From assembly GCF_009914755.1 (NCBI RefSeq), contig NC_060927.1: a DNA stretch of 64,000 nt; one strand, given 5' to 3'. The stretch's first letter is position 1, and each line of letters opens with the position of its first letter. Shown here piece by piece: positions 25,056 through 38,107 of the stretch. The stretch comes from the human T2T-CHM13v2.0 reference genome, Homo sapiens. A program made the position numbers and the translations under genes. Below the pieces are notes generated by a model that searched no databases, was not told the origin of the DNA, and was given only the letters and a program-made list of their open reading frames with translations.

Positions 25056-25197
25056 GGGAAGGGAGGGGAGGGGAGGGGAGGGGAGAGGAGGGGAGAGGAG
25101 GGGAAGGGAGGGGAGGGGTGGGGAGGGGAGGGGAGGGGTGAGGAGGGGAGGGGAGGGGTGGGGAGGGGAGGGGTGGGGAGGGGAGGGGAGGGGGAAA
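25056..25197 (+). repeat. (GGGGA/GGGGT)n polypurine tract
   Basis: ~28 pentamer units directly after the Alu fragment gaccagcctgggcaaca. Confidence 0.95.
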
Positions 25198-25646
25198 GAC
25201 AGAAAGAAAAGGAAAAACAGGGCAATGATATGCCCACTGGGTGAAACAGTGAGAAGGGTATTGATGATCTGGCAAGAACAAATTCAGTGAATATGAAGAA
25301 GTCAATCCGCAGTTGACTAGAAGCAACCAGAAAATCAGGAAGTGGAGATCGTACATGCAGATTTTTGTTGTTGCTTTAGAAATCTAGCTGTAAAAAGAAG
25401 GTGAGCGATAGAGCAAGAGCTAAAAGGGAAAGGGTAAGATTATTTTTTCTTTTTACAGATTGAAAAGATTTTTCATAAAGAAGTACAACTGAAAGTACAA
25501 CCCAGTCGCTATTAATGACAATATAGCTTCCATTAATAAATAAAATCACGTGGGCCGGGTGTGGTGGCTCACACCTGTAATCCCAGCACTTTGTGAGGCT
25601 GAGGCAGGCAGATCACAAAGTCAGGAATTCGAGATCAGCCTGATCA

Positions 25647-25868
<222 letters not shown>

Positions 25869-26032
25869 TCAAATAAGGTACTAACTCTTAAAATCTAAAA
25901 TTATTTCCAGCAGCTCCTCAAACTTTCCTTTTATAAGATCATTCTGCCTATAAGCTTTTATTACCAAAAATAATTCTACACAATTTTGGTTATAAAGGTA
26001 ATACCTGGTCAATAGAAGTTATTTTTACTTAC

Positions 26033-26128
26033 GGAGCTTGGGTACGGGTAGTATATTCTTTGAATTCACTATCATGAATAGTGAAATAAGGTCGGAAATC
26101 ACTGAAGTACTTTAATGGAGAAATACAG
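26033..26128 (-). CDS. DENND6A: DENND6A exon 11 (96 nt, [32 protein letters not shown])
   Basis: ccacag / gtaagt, phase 2/2. Confidence 0.97.
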
Positions 26129-26687
26129 CTGTGGAGCAGGAAGAACATGTAAAATAAAGGACACAGAAATTAAAGGTCCTAATCTATAACTAGAAAACAT
26201 CTATACAAACGGTATACACACAAAGGGATACTTTGTTTATTTTAATAAATGGTAAACTCATTTCACAGAATTAGAAAGACAGATATATGTAATGTGAAAT
26301 GGCATACTGAAAGAACACACTGGGTTTGGGGCAGAAGATGCGGTGAAATTCTGGCTCTACTGTTCACTAGCTATGTGCCTTTGACTCTACACTGATCATT
26401 CACACAAGTAATATTTATCAAGGAACAACTTCATGTAATGAATCAATGTGCCTGCCACTCAGAACAACAAAGGCATGGTTCCAGCCCTCAGGGAGCCTGA
26501 ATCAATTTTCTCATCCATAAAATGGTGCTATAATAAGCATTACCTTCTGATAGGGTTTTTGCATGGATCAATGCAATAATGGGTGGGGAAAAATACGACA
26601 GGTGGGAAGTGCTGCAAATATCACCAACAGGTTAAGTACTGCAGCATCCAAAAAAAAAACCCAGAAATAGTAACCAAATAGACTCAC

Positions 26688-26810
26688 TTAACAAGTGCCA
26701 ATACAGTCTCTGATGATTCCGATGGTGATGGCGCCATAACCACAAGGGGCTCCCCCAACAGCACCAGCTCCCAGAGCATCTGACTATGAAGGAAAACTGG
26801 GCAGAAACAC
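26688..26810 (-). CDS. DENND6A: DENND6A exon 10 (123 nt, [41 protein letters not shown]; core DENN)
   Basis: tttcag / gtgagt, phase 2/2; visible in ORF 26684..27010. Confidence 0.97.
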
Positions 26811-28129
26811 CTGAAAGGTGATGCACAGTAGAAATACTTTTTAATGTAGCCAATCCTGTTTTTAAAATTCCTACATAATCTTTCTAAAAACTCCACATTG
26901 ATATAAATTCTTCCTGCTATTTGTATCCTGATCTGATACACAAATTCATTTAGAATATGGTGATGTATAGAGACATAAGTCCCTTTTATCCACATAAAAA
27001 TATCTATCAATTTGACTCATCCTAATTTTTACAAAATTAAATGTAATATATTGACACACAGAATAACTGACAATAAAAGCATATAATTCTCAAATTGTTG
27101 TACCATATGATCGATCTATTTTATCAATATTGCTTTGATACTTTGAATTTCAATCCTAAATATTTTTAAGGAAATAAGAAAAATTAATTTTCCAAGGGCA
27201 CTTATTGGATATACTTAACTTAAAACCCAATACTTCTGACATTAAAGAATGATGACAAATCACAAGGGGGAGTGCTAATGCTGAACAAGAGCGAAACTCC
27301 TGGGCAGATACTCCCTCTACAGAAGTGCTGAGTATTTTTACAGCAGCCCTGGAATTGGGTGGAGGCCTGTTGGGACACAACTCTGCTAGTATGTTACCAG
27401 GCCTAAGACACTTGGTAACTTTCACTTATTTAGGAATTTCCTCCTGGCTTGGTAAAAAATTTTCCTAGTAGATTAGGGGGGAAAATCTTATCTATTTATG
27501 AAAATCACAACCAATCCACTCAGTTGAAAAGACACACATGCAAATAAAAAAGAAAAGAAAAATCAAACAACAATTAAGTGCAAAAATATGCAACAAATTA
27601 TGAGATGGAAATTAGGGGAGTTAATTTTAACTATTCAAAAACAAGATAAGTGCCACAAAAGAAACAAACAACAACAAAAAAACAGCTCATGGGTAAGGCA
27701 AAGGAGCTCTTCCTCTTCCCTTCCTAAACAACTCAGTCCTAAAGCAGAACATGGTAGGTATCTCTGCCATGAGGGAAAGAGAGCCGTATTGACCAGGGAG
27801 GCGTGTCAGAGCTTATGTAAGGTAAGGTGGACATCTACATGCAGATAGTGGCCTACTGTGGAACTGCTGGAGCCCAAATGTGGTGAGCAATGTATACATG
27901 TGTGGGGATTATTTGGTTTCAGTTCACAGAGCCCAGGAAGCACAGACAGGTAGCCTGATGAGTAGCATCAAAGACAGAATGAGTTGAGGAGGTTGTCACA
28001 ATGTGGGACCACCTGGCATAAGGTGTCAGAGCAGAGAAATGAGGGTATCTCCATGGAGAAGTACCCTGGAGTAGGGTAAGCACACAAGCAGGGTAAGGAG
28101 AGCACTCATGTGAGGCTTGACCTGGTGTT

Positions 28130-30283
28130 GAGAGTCAGAGCCCAAAAAGGGGAAGATGGCACCCACCTGGAGATGTGGTCTAGTGGGACAGAGTAACCTG
28201 AATGAGACAGGAGGGTATCCATGGGGGTGGGGGTGGGGGGTCAATCCAACAAGAAGAATCAGAGAGTGAGCAGGGTAAGGAGGGTATCCATGCAGAAGGG
28301 AAGCCAGGTGTAGAATGTCAGGGCCCAGTGGGGATGAGAAAACTATTAGCTTGGGGGACAAAGTTGCAGCAGAGTCCTAGCCAGAGCAATCAGAGAAGAG
28401 AAAGAAATAAAGAGCATGCAAATTGGTAATGAGGAATTTAAACTGTCACTGTTTGCTGATGACATCATATACCTAGAAAACCTTAAAAACTCATCCAAAA
28501 ACCTCCTAGAACTGGTAAATGAATTCAGCAAAGTTTCCGAATACAAAATTAATGTACACAAATCAGTAGCTCTCCTATACACCAACAGCAACCAAGCTGA
28601 GAATCAAATCAACCCCTTTTACAATAGCTGCAATACATAAAATACTAAGGAATATACTTACTCAAGGAGGTGAAAGACCTCTACAGGGAAAATGACAAAA
28701 CACTGCTGAAAAAAATCACAGACGACACAAACAAATGGAAACACATCCTATGCTCATGGATGGGTAGAGTCAATATTGTAAAAATGACCATACTGCCAAA
28801 AGCAATCTACAAATTCAACGCAATTCCCATCAATGCCCTCCTTACACTGCTTGTTCCCATCATTCGTCACAGAACTAGAAAAAACAATCCTAAAATTCAT
28901 ATGGAACCAAAAAAGAGCCTGCATAGCTAAAGTAAGACTAAGCAAAAAGAACAAATCTGGAAGCAATACATTATCTGCCTTCAAACTACACTGTAAAGCC
29001 ATAGTCATCAAAACAGCATGGTACTGGTATAAAAATAGGCATATAGACCAATGGAACAGAACAGAGAACCCAGAGATAAAGCCAAATGCTTACAGTCAAC
29101 TGATCTTCAACAAAGCAAACAAAAACATAAAGTGGGGAAAAGACACCCTATTTAACAAATGGTGCTGAGATAATTGGCAAGCCACATGTAGAAGAATGAA
29201 ACTGGATCCTCATCTCTCATCCTTTACAAAAACAAACTCAAGATTAATCAAAAACTTAAATCTAAGACCTGAAATCATAAAATTTCTAGAAGATAACATT
29301 GGAAAAAACCCATCCAGGCATAAACCTAGGCAAAGACTTCATGACCAAGAACCCAAAAGCAAATGCAACAAAACAAAGATAAATAGATGGGACTTATTTT
29401 GCTTCTGTACAGCAAAAGAAATAATCAGCAGAGTAAACAGACAACTCACAGAATAGGAGAAAATCTTCACAATCTATACATCCAAACAAAGGACAAATAT
29501 CCAGAATCTATAAGGAACTTAAATCAGCAAGAACAAAATAAACAATCCCATCAAAAAGTGGGCTAAGGACATGAATAGACAATTCTCAAAAGAAGATATA
29601 CAAATTGCCAACAAACATTAAAAAATGCTTAACATCACTAATTATCAGGGAAATGCAAATCAAACCCACAATGCACTAGTACCTCACTCCTGCAAGAATA
29701 GCCATAATCAAAAAATCAAAAAATAATAAATGTTGGTGTGGATGTGGTGAAAAGGGAATACTTTTACACTGTTGGTAGAAATGTAAACTAGTACAACCAC
29801 TATGGAAAACCGTACAGAGATTCCTTAAAGAACTAAAAGTAGATCTACCATTTGATCCAGCAATCCCACTACTGGGTATCTACCCAGAGGAAAGGAAGTC
29901 ATAAAAAAAAAAAAAAGATTCTTGCACATGCATGTTTATAGCAGCACAATGCACAATTGCAAAAATATGGAACAAGCCCAAATGCCCATCAATCAATGAG
30001 TGAAAAAAAAAAAATATATATATATATAGTTGTATGTGTGTATATATATATTTGTCCCCCATGCTAATACTTTTCTCATCTCCCCTGGGCCCTGACATTC
30101 TACACCTGGCTTCCCTTCTGCATGGATACCCTCCTTACCCTGCTCACTCTCTGATTCTCCTTGTTGGATTGACCCCCCACCCCCACCCCCATGGATACCC
30201 TCCTGTCTCATTCAGGTTACTCTATCCCACTAGACCACGTCTCCAAGTGGGTGCCATCTTCCCCTTTTTGGGCTCTGACTCTC
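28130..30283. repeat. 233-bp inverted repeat (arms 28130-28362 and 30051-30283)
   Basis: Manual alignment: 8 mismatches, no indels. Also seen as near-identical ORFs on opposite strands (28202+/29993- and 28026-/30034+). Confidence 0.97.
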
Positions 30284-30686
30284 TGTATATATATACACAC
30301 ACACACACACACACCGTGGAATACTACTCAGCCATAAAAAGGAATGAAATAAAGGCATTCAGAGCGCCCTAGATGGAATTGGAGACCATTATTCTAAAGT
30401 AACTTAGGAATGGAAAACCAAACATCATATGTTCTCACTCATAAGTGGGAGCTAAGCTATGAGGATGCAAAGACATAAGAATGATACTATGAACTTTGGG
30501 AACTCAGTGGGGAAAGGGAGGGAGGGGGTGAGGGATAAAAAGACTACATATTGGGTACAGTGTACATTCCTCGTGTGATGGGTATATCAAAATCTCAGAA
30601 ATCATCACTAAAGAACTTATTCATGCAACCAAACACCACCTATTCCCCAAAAACCTTTTGAAATAAACAAAAAACCTAAAAAAAAA
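28375..30686 (+). mobile_element. 5'-truncated L1PB-like LINE-1 (ORF2 3' part, 3' UTR, A tail) with a 15-bp TSD
   Basis: ORF2 peptides ([54 protein letters not shown]); L1PB-type 3' UTR; TSD aaagttgcagcagag at 28360-28374 and 30687-30701. Confidence 0.92.
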
Positions 30687-31175
30687 AAAGTTGCAGCAGA
30701 GATGCAGCATTGATTACTAACAGAGGTATTGATTAAATCAGTTAATAAAAAATAATTTAATATATGAGTGTGTATATATACATGCATTTACATACACACA
30801 CACACACACACACACACATACATACACACACACACATCCTAGCTTTGTCCACTTGAGAGGGTCTAAAAGCAATGATATCTCAATATCAATAAGCACACCA
30901 AGTGCCCAGATCTTGTCTTCTAAATCTTATTCTCTGCTAAAAAGAACAAAGGCTTTTTAGAGAAATGGCTGGTTCTAGGGCTTGGGAAGAGAAAATACAA
31001 GATGATCTGGAACCCAAGAGAATGGAAAACATGTCCACACAAAGACGTATACACAAATGTGGACAGTAGCATTATTCATAATAACCAAAAGTGTAAACCA
31101 TCCAAACCTGCATCAAAAGGTGAATGGATAGACAAAATGTAGTATATCCACATGGAATTTTTTTTTTTTTTTTGA

Positions 31176-31334
<159 letters not shown>

Positions 31335-31497
31335 TAGTAGAGATGGGGTTTCTCCATGCCAGTCAGACTGGTCTCGAACTCCCGATCTCAGATGATCTGA
31401 CCACCTTGGCCTCCCAAAGTGCTTGGATTACAGGCGTGAGCCACTGCACCTGGCCCATCCACATGGAATATTATTCAACCATTAAAAAAATGAAGTA

Positions 31498-31717
31498 CAG
31501 ACAGTCCCCATGTTACAATGGGTCGACTTACAATTTTTAACTTTATGATGTTGCAAAAGCAGTACGCATTCAGTATGCTCCTCAACATATGACAGACTTA
31601 CCTCCAGATAAGCCCATTGTAAACTGAAAATATCAAAAACGCACTTTCAACTTACAATTTGCAAACTTACAATGGGTTTAACAGGACATAACCCCCTTAT
31701 AAGTCTAGGAGCATCTG
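31498..31717. mobile_element. MER47/Tigger5-like DNA transposon derivative
   Basis: TA-flanked; caga...gacttacaat / ttataagtc..ggagcatctg termini. Confidence 0.65.
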
Positions 31718-32275
31718 TACTGATTCATGATACTGCACAGATGAACCTTATAAACATTATTCTGGGTGAAGGAAGACAGACACAAAAGGTCACATTTTGT
31801 ATGATTCTAGTTAAATGTAATGTCCAAAACAGGCAAGTCCATAGAGACAGAAAGTAAATTAGTAATGGCAAGGGGCTGGGAAGAAGAGGGAATGGGAACT
31901 GCTAATAGGTACAGGGTTATGTTTTGAGGTGATGAAAATGTTCTGGAATTAGCAGTGATGGTTGCACAACTTTGTGAATATATTAAAAAACTAGTGAATT
32001 GTACTTTAAAAGGTTGAATATTGTATGATATGATAATTACAAACCAGTTTATTTAATTACCAAAAAAAAAAAAGATAAACCCGGAATATCTCACACCAGA
32101 AAGCAAGACAGTGTTCAAAGAATGACAGAGATATGGCAAAAGAACATAGAAGCCACCCTGTACTAAGTTCTCACTGGCTAAACTGGGACAATTTGAATAT
32201 CAAAATAGGTAATAATGGATTAGAATCTATTGAATAAAACAAGAAATCAGAGTCCAAACAGATATATAAAAATAG

Positions 32276-32970
32276 TGTGGTGATTTAAAATATGTCCAGG
32301 CTGTGCATGGTGGCTCACTCCTGTAACCCCAACACCTAGGTGGGAGGATCACTTGAGGCAAGAGTTTAAGACTGGCCTGGGTAACATAGCAAGACACCCT
32401 CTCTACAAAAATAATAAAATAAAAATAAAAATAAATAAATAAATAACATCTGTCCACAAATTCTTTGACAGTCCTTTCAAAACATGGAGCCTAATTCTCC
32501 CGTTCTTGAGCGCGGACTGGATTACTGGTTTGATTGTAATTAACAGAATACGGTAGAAATGACAATGTACAACTTTGAAGGCTGAGTCATACGGGACACT
32601 GTGGCTTCAGCCTTCTCTCAGTGCTTGCTCTGGGAAAAGTTAGCTGCCATGTTGTGAGAACATTAGGCAGCCCTATGGAGAAGTCCATAAGGCTAGGGCT
32701 GAGACCTCCTAACAACAGCCACAGAGAACTGCGATCTCCAGCCAAGCTGTGCGAGTAAGCCTTGTAGGGAAGCAGACTCTCCAGACTCCTATGTCCAACT
32801 GACTGAAACCACAGATAACAACTTGACTGCAACCACATAAAAAACTCTGAGCCAGAACTACCCACCTAAGCAGCTCCCAGATTTCCAGCCCTCAGAAACT
32901 GTGTGAAATAATGTTTGTTCTTTTAAGCCTAAGTATTGGGATAATTTGTTACACATCAATAAATAACATA
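32276..32970 (+). mobile_element. MLT1 (MLT1F-like) MaLR LTR, interrupted by an Alu monomer at 32298-32445
   Basis: gctgccatgttgtgag, cagccctatggagaagtcca; 3' end gataatttgttacac..caataaataac. Confidence 0.7.
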
Positions 32971-33906
32971 TATAGTTTCAAATATCTCCCCCAAAAATAC
33001 CTAATTACAAAAGAAAAAACAATTAACTTATCAGTGGAGAAGCTTGGAGGATACCACATTAATCAAGTTATCAAACTGAACATCATCAATAACAAGTCAA
33101 GCTCAACTTATATGCCACCTCCTGACAGATGCAGAGCCTCAATCTAATCAGGAGTAAATACCAGACAATCCTAAACTGAGGAGTTTCTGCAAAATAACTG
33201 TCCTGTAATCTGCAAAATATCAGGATCATGAAAGTCAGAGACTAAAGAACTATTCTAGACTGAAGATGACTAATGAGATGTGACAGCTACATGCAACAGA
33301 TGATTCTCAACTAGACATTATTGTAACAACTGGTAACATTTGAACTGGTCTTAGTATTAGATGATATTAACTTATCAATGTTGATTTTACCAATTTTGAT
33401 GGTTGCGTTGTATACTTGTTTGTAGGAAATAGACTCTAAAGTATTAAGAGATGACAGGGCACCAAGTCGCCAGCTTACTACCAAATGGTTTGGGAAAAAA
33501 GTCTTCTGTATTGTACTTACTACTTTTCTGTTGGTTTGTAAAAATAAGCAAAGGAAAAATGAAAAAGGCCTACATGAAAACATCTCACCAACTGACTTTA
33601 ATAGTGGGATTCCTTTAAGGCACCAAGTTGCAAATTATTGTCTTTCAAGTATATTAATATATTATTAGCAAAGGGCACACATAGAAGATAGGAAGTATAG
33701 TTACAAGATAAATCATTCTTTGAAAGCTTTGTATTATACTGATAATATGTTATCAAAGTTGTTTTTTTGGGTGGGAGGTAAGTTTTTAATATTCAGGAAA
33801 GGAAACTTCTCTCGAACTAAAAAATATTAGTAGTAGGCCGGGCGCGGTGGCTCACGCCTGTAATCCCAGCACTTTGGGAGGCTGAGGCGGGCAGATCGTG
33901 AGGTCA

Positions 33907-34254
<348 letters not shown>

Positions 34255-34301
34255 TTATGCTAAGCTCCCACCACCAAAACAGCCATGCCTTGGGAAAATA
34301 A

Positions 34302-34563
<262 letters not shown>

Positions 34564-35333
34564 TGATCCACCTGCCTTGGCCTCCCAAAGTGCCGGGATT
34601 ACAGGTGTGAGCCACCGTGCCCAGCCAGAAATTCACTTCTAAGAATTAAACAGTGGTTTCAACCTTTTGAGAAAGATATAGTATGTTATTATAATCTGAA
34701 ACCTAAACCCAAAGGAAATCAACATGTGTCAGATAGCATCAGATACATTTTATGTGGTGACAGGCTTTCTCAATCTCTGAAACATAGAAACAGCTATAAC
34801 TGTTGTCTACTCAGCCAATGCGGTAGAAAGCCAAAATAACTTGTTTCTCAAGTCACAATAGGGAACAGGGGAGAGAAGCAGGTGGCAGGAGGTGATAACT
34901 GATGTGTCTCTCATTGTACTAGGAACAAATAGCAAATATCATCAAGTAAAATGTCCCTGACTCTAAGGCAAGAAAATGTCTATTTCTTTCAACAGAAAAC
35001 TGCCCTTCAATTCTAATCTCACCTCAAAAACAGAATGAGGAAACTATTTCTGTGATCAAGAAAGCTGAAACCAAAGGCGTGGTCCATGGAATAGACCTTG
35101 ACCTAGTGAAAGGAGCGCCTACACTCAACTGTATCTCTGCTACTCAAATTCAAATGCCTTTCTAGGTCTCTTTACTTTGCTTTCAAGCTCAGTCTTGGTG
35201 TAAATCTATCACCTTCAATATAACTGGATAAATATGTAAACTTTCATTCACACTAATAAACGTGAAATGTAAGCTCTACAGAAACAAAAAGCACAGTCAC
35301 AAATAAAGCATTAATCTAATCATTAGATATTAA

Positions 35334-35537
<204 letters not shown>

Positions 35538-35828
35538 TGAGATTACAGGCGGCCCGCCACCATGCCCAGCTAGTTTTTGTATTTTTAGTAGAGACGGGGT
35601 TTCACCATGTTGGTCAGGCTGGTCTCAAAATCCTGACCTCATGATCCGCCCGCCTCGGCCTCCCAAAGTGCTGGGATTACAGGCGTGAGCCACTGCATCT
35701 GGCGGGAAACAAGAATTTAAAAACAACAAACTTACTTGCCCCACTCTTAAAACAATATTATGTAATTCATATCCAGGAGACAAGACATGTGCTAATCAAA
35801 GGTGTTAGTGATGGGGGTAATTAACTAA

Positions 35829-36182
35829 GGGTTGAGCATCCCTAATGTGAAAATCTACATTACAAAATGTTCCCAAATCCAAAAGGTTTTGAGCATTGAC
35901 ATGATGCCACAAGTGGAAAATTCTACTTATGACCTCAAGGTAAGTCAAAGTCAAAATGCAATCAAAATTTAGTTGCATGCACAAAATCATTAAAAATATT
36001 TTTTTAAATTACGTTCAGGCTATGTGTATAAGGTGTATATGAAGCATAAGTGACCCTTGTGTTTAAACTTGGGCCCATCCCCAAGATATCTCATTATGTA
36101 TATGCAAAAATCCCCAAATGCAAAAAAGTCCAAAATCCAAAACACTTCTGATTCTGACCATTTCAGATATGGGATATGCAAG
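35829..36182. mobile_element. Tigger4/MER46 (Zombi)-like DNA transposon
   Basis: ggttgagcatccctaat.. terminus; tgatgccacaagtggaaaattc; cttgggcccatccccaagatatctcattatg. Confidence 0.75.
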
Positions 36183-36449
36183 ATTACCACAAAAGCTAAG
36201 ATAATCAGTAACAAACAATAAAGCGTAAGACTCATACCCAGAAGTTCAAAAGAAAAAATGTCCAATAATTGAACTCTATATTAATTTATGCCAATTCTGC
36301 AAATTATTCCTTAATGAGTCAAGTATCAAAACGAGAAATGTACACATTCTTCTTAGTATATTTTGCCTGTAATATTTATTCATTTTGGGGACACTCCCTC
36401 TTTTCATCCTAATAATGCCATAACATGTACTTTTTAAGAAAATTAATTT

Positions 36450-36930
36450 GTTTTAAAAGTCACATTTATAATTTATATGCAGTAAAATTTACCCTTACCA
36501 AAGATCTAGAATAGTTCCATCACCTCACGAAATGCCCGCAGCCCTTATGTAGTAGATTTCCTCCCCCAGCCCCAGGTAACCACTGATCTGATTTCTGTCC
36601 CTATAGTTTTATCTTTTCCAGAACATCATATAAATGGAATCATTCAGTATCTTTAAATTATCTGGAAACTTTCACTTAGCATAATGCTTTTGGAAGTCTT
36701 TCACATTGTTGCATGTATCAACTGTTCCTTCTTTTTTTTAACTGCTGAATAGTATTCCATGTGCATTCATGTATTACATTTTGTTTGTCCATTTACCAGT
36801 TGATGGATACTTCGGTTGTGTATAGTTTTATACTGTTATGAATAAAGCTACTATATAGACATTTGCATACAGGTCTTCATGTAGACACATTTTCATTTTT
36901 ATTGAATAAATACCTAGAAATAGGATGACT
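36450..36930 (-). mobile_element. Old L1M 3' fragment, sense to DENND6A
   Basis: ccccaggtaaccactgatctg, catataaatggaatcat, gctgaatagtattccat motifs. Confidence 0.7.
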
Positions 36931-37018
36931 GTACTGTGCTAGAGCAACATATAAAACTAACCAATCTTTTTTTTTTTTAAACTAACCAATCTTTTGAAGC
37001 AGTATTCCATGTAGTTTA

Positions 37019-37406
<388 letters not shown>

Positions 37407-38051
37407 TCATTTATAGCAGTGGTTTTTCAAGCTGGCCTATACATCAGAACTACCTGGGGAACTAGAACTTGGGTACCAATCCAAAGATTTAGCTGCTCTG
37501 GGTAAAGGCACAAACATTACTTTTTATTTTTCCTCTATTTCTTTTCTAAGTGCTAACAGTATCTCTTTTTTGTTTTTTCATTTTCCATGTTGACATTTTT
37601 CAAACATACAGAAAAGTAAAAACAACAGTGTGAGAAACATCATATACATATCACTCAGATTTAATGATTAATATTTGCCATTTTTCACGTCATCTATTTT
37701 TTCTTACTGAAGTATTTTAAAATAGAACACAAACATCATGACATTTCACTCCCAAATAAAATGCATCTCTTTTTTAAAAAAGCATGTTTTCTAACATTAT
37801 TACAATATAATTCTCACACTAAACCAAACAAAAATATTTTTACATATAATACATATTCTATATTTAAATTTCCCTAATTGTCAAAGCTTATAACATGTAC
37901 CCAGGGATGAACCATTGATTTATAACATGTAAAACATAACTATTTTCTTCCAATTTTTTCCACATCCTATATAATATTCATTTTTTAAATAAATTAACAC
38001 CACCACCACAAAGCAAAAGGAAGTCAGTTAATAAAATTTTTTATTCTTTAC

Positions 38052-38107
38052 CTGAAAATATCCACCTCATGAACAGTAGGTAAAATAACAGATATATTTG
38101 TGTCCAC
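38052..38107 (-). CDS. DENND6A: DENND6A exon 9 (56 nt, VDTNISVILPTVHEVDIF-R)
   Basis: tctcag / gtaaag, phase 0/2. Confidence 0.95.

Noticed and set aside
24968-25356. Pro-rich and Gly/Arg-rich ORFs
   Set aside because: Translations of the (GGGGA)n repeat.
27262-27280. Short resemblance to U6atac snRNA (ttagcactcccc-ttg on minus)
   Set aside because: Only ~16 nt match; the flanks do not continue the snRNA sequence.
28416-29456. Reverse-transcriptase-like ORFs
   Set aside because: Broken ORF2 of a 5'-truncated, inactive L1.
28026-30372. Pairs of near-identical ORFs on opposite strands, suggesting a duplicated small gene
   Set aside because: By-product of the 233-bp inverted duplication; no splice, promoter or homology support.
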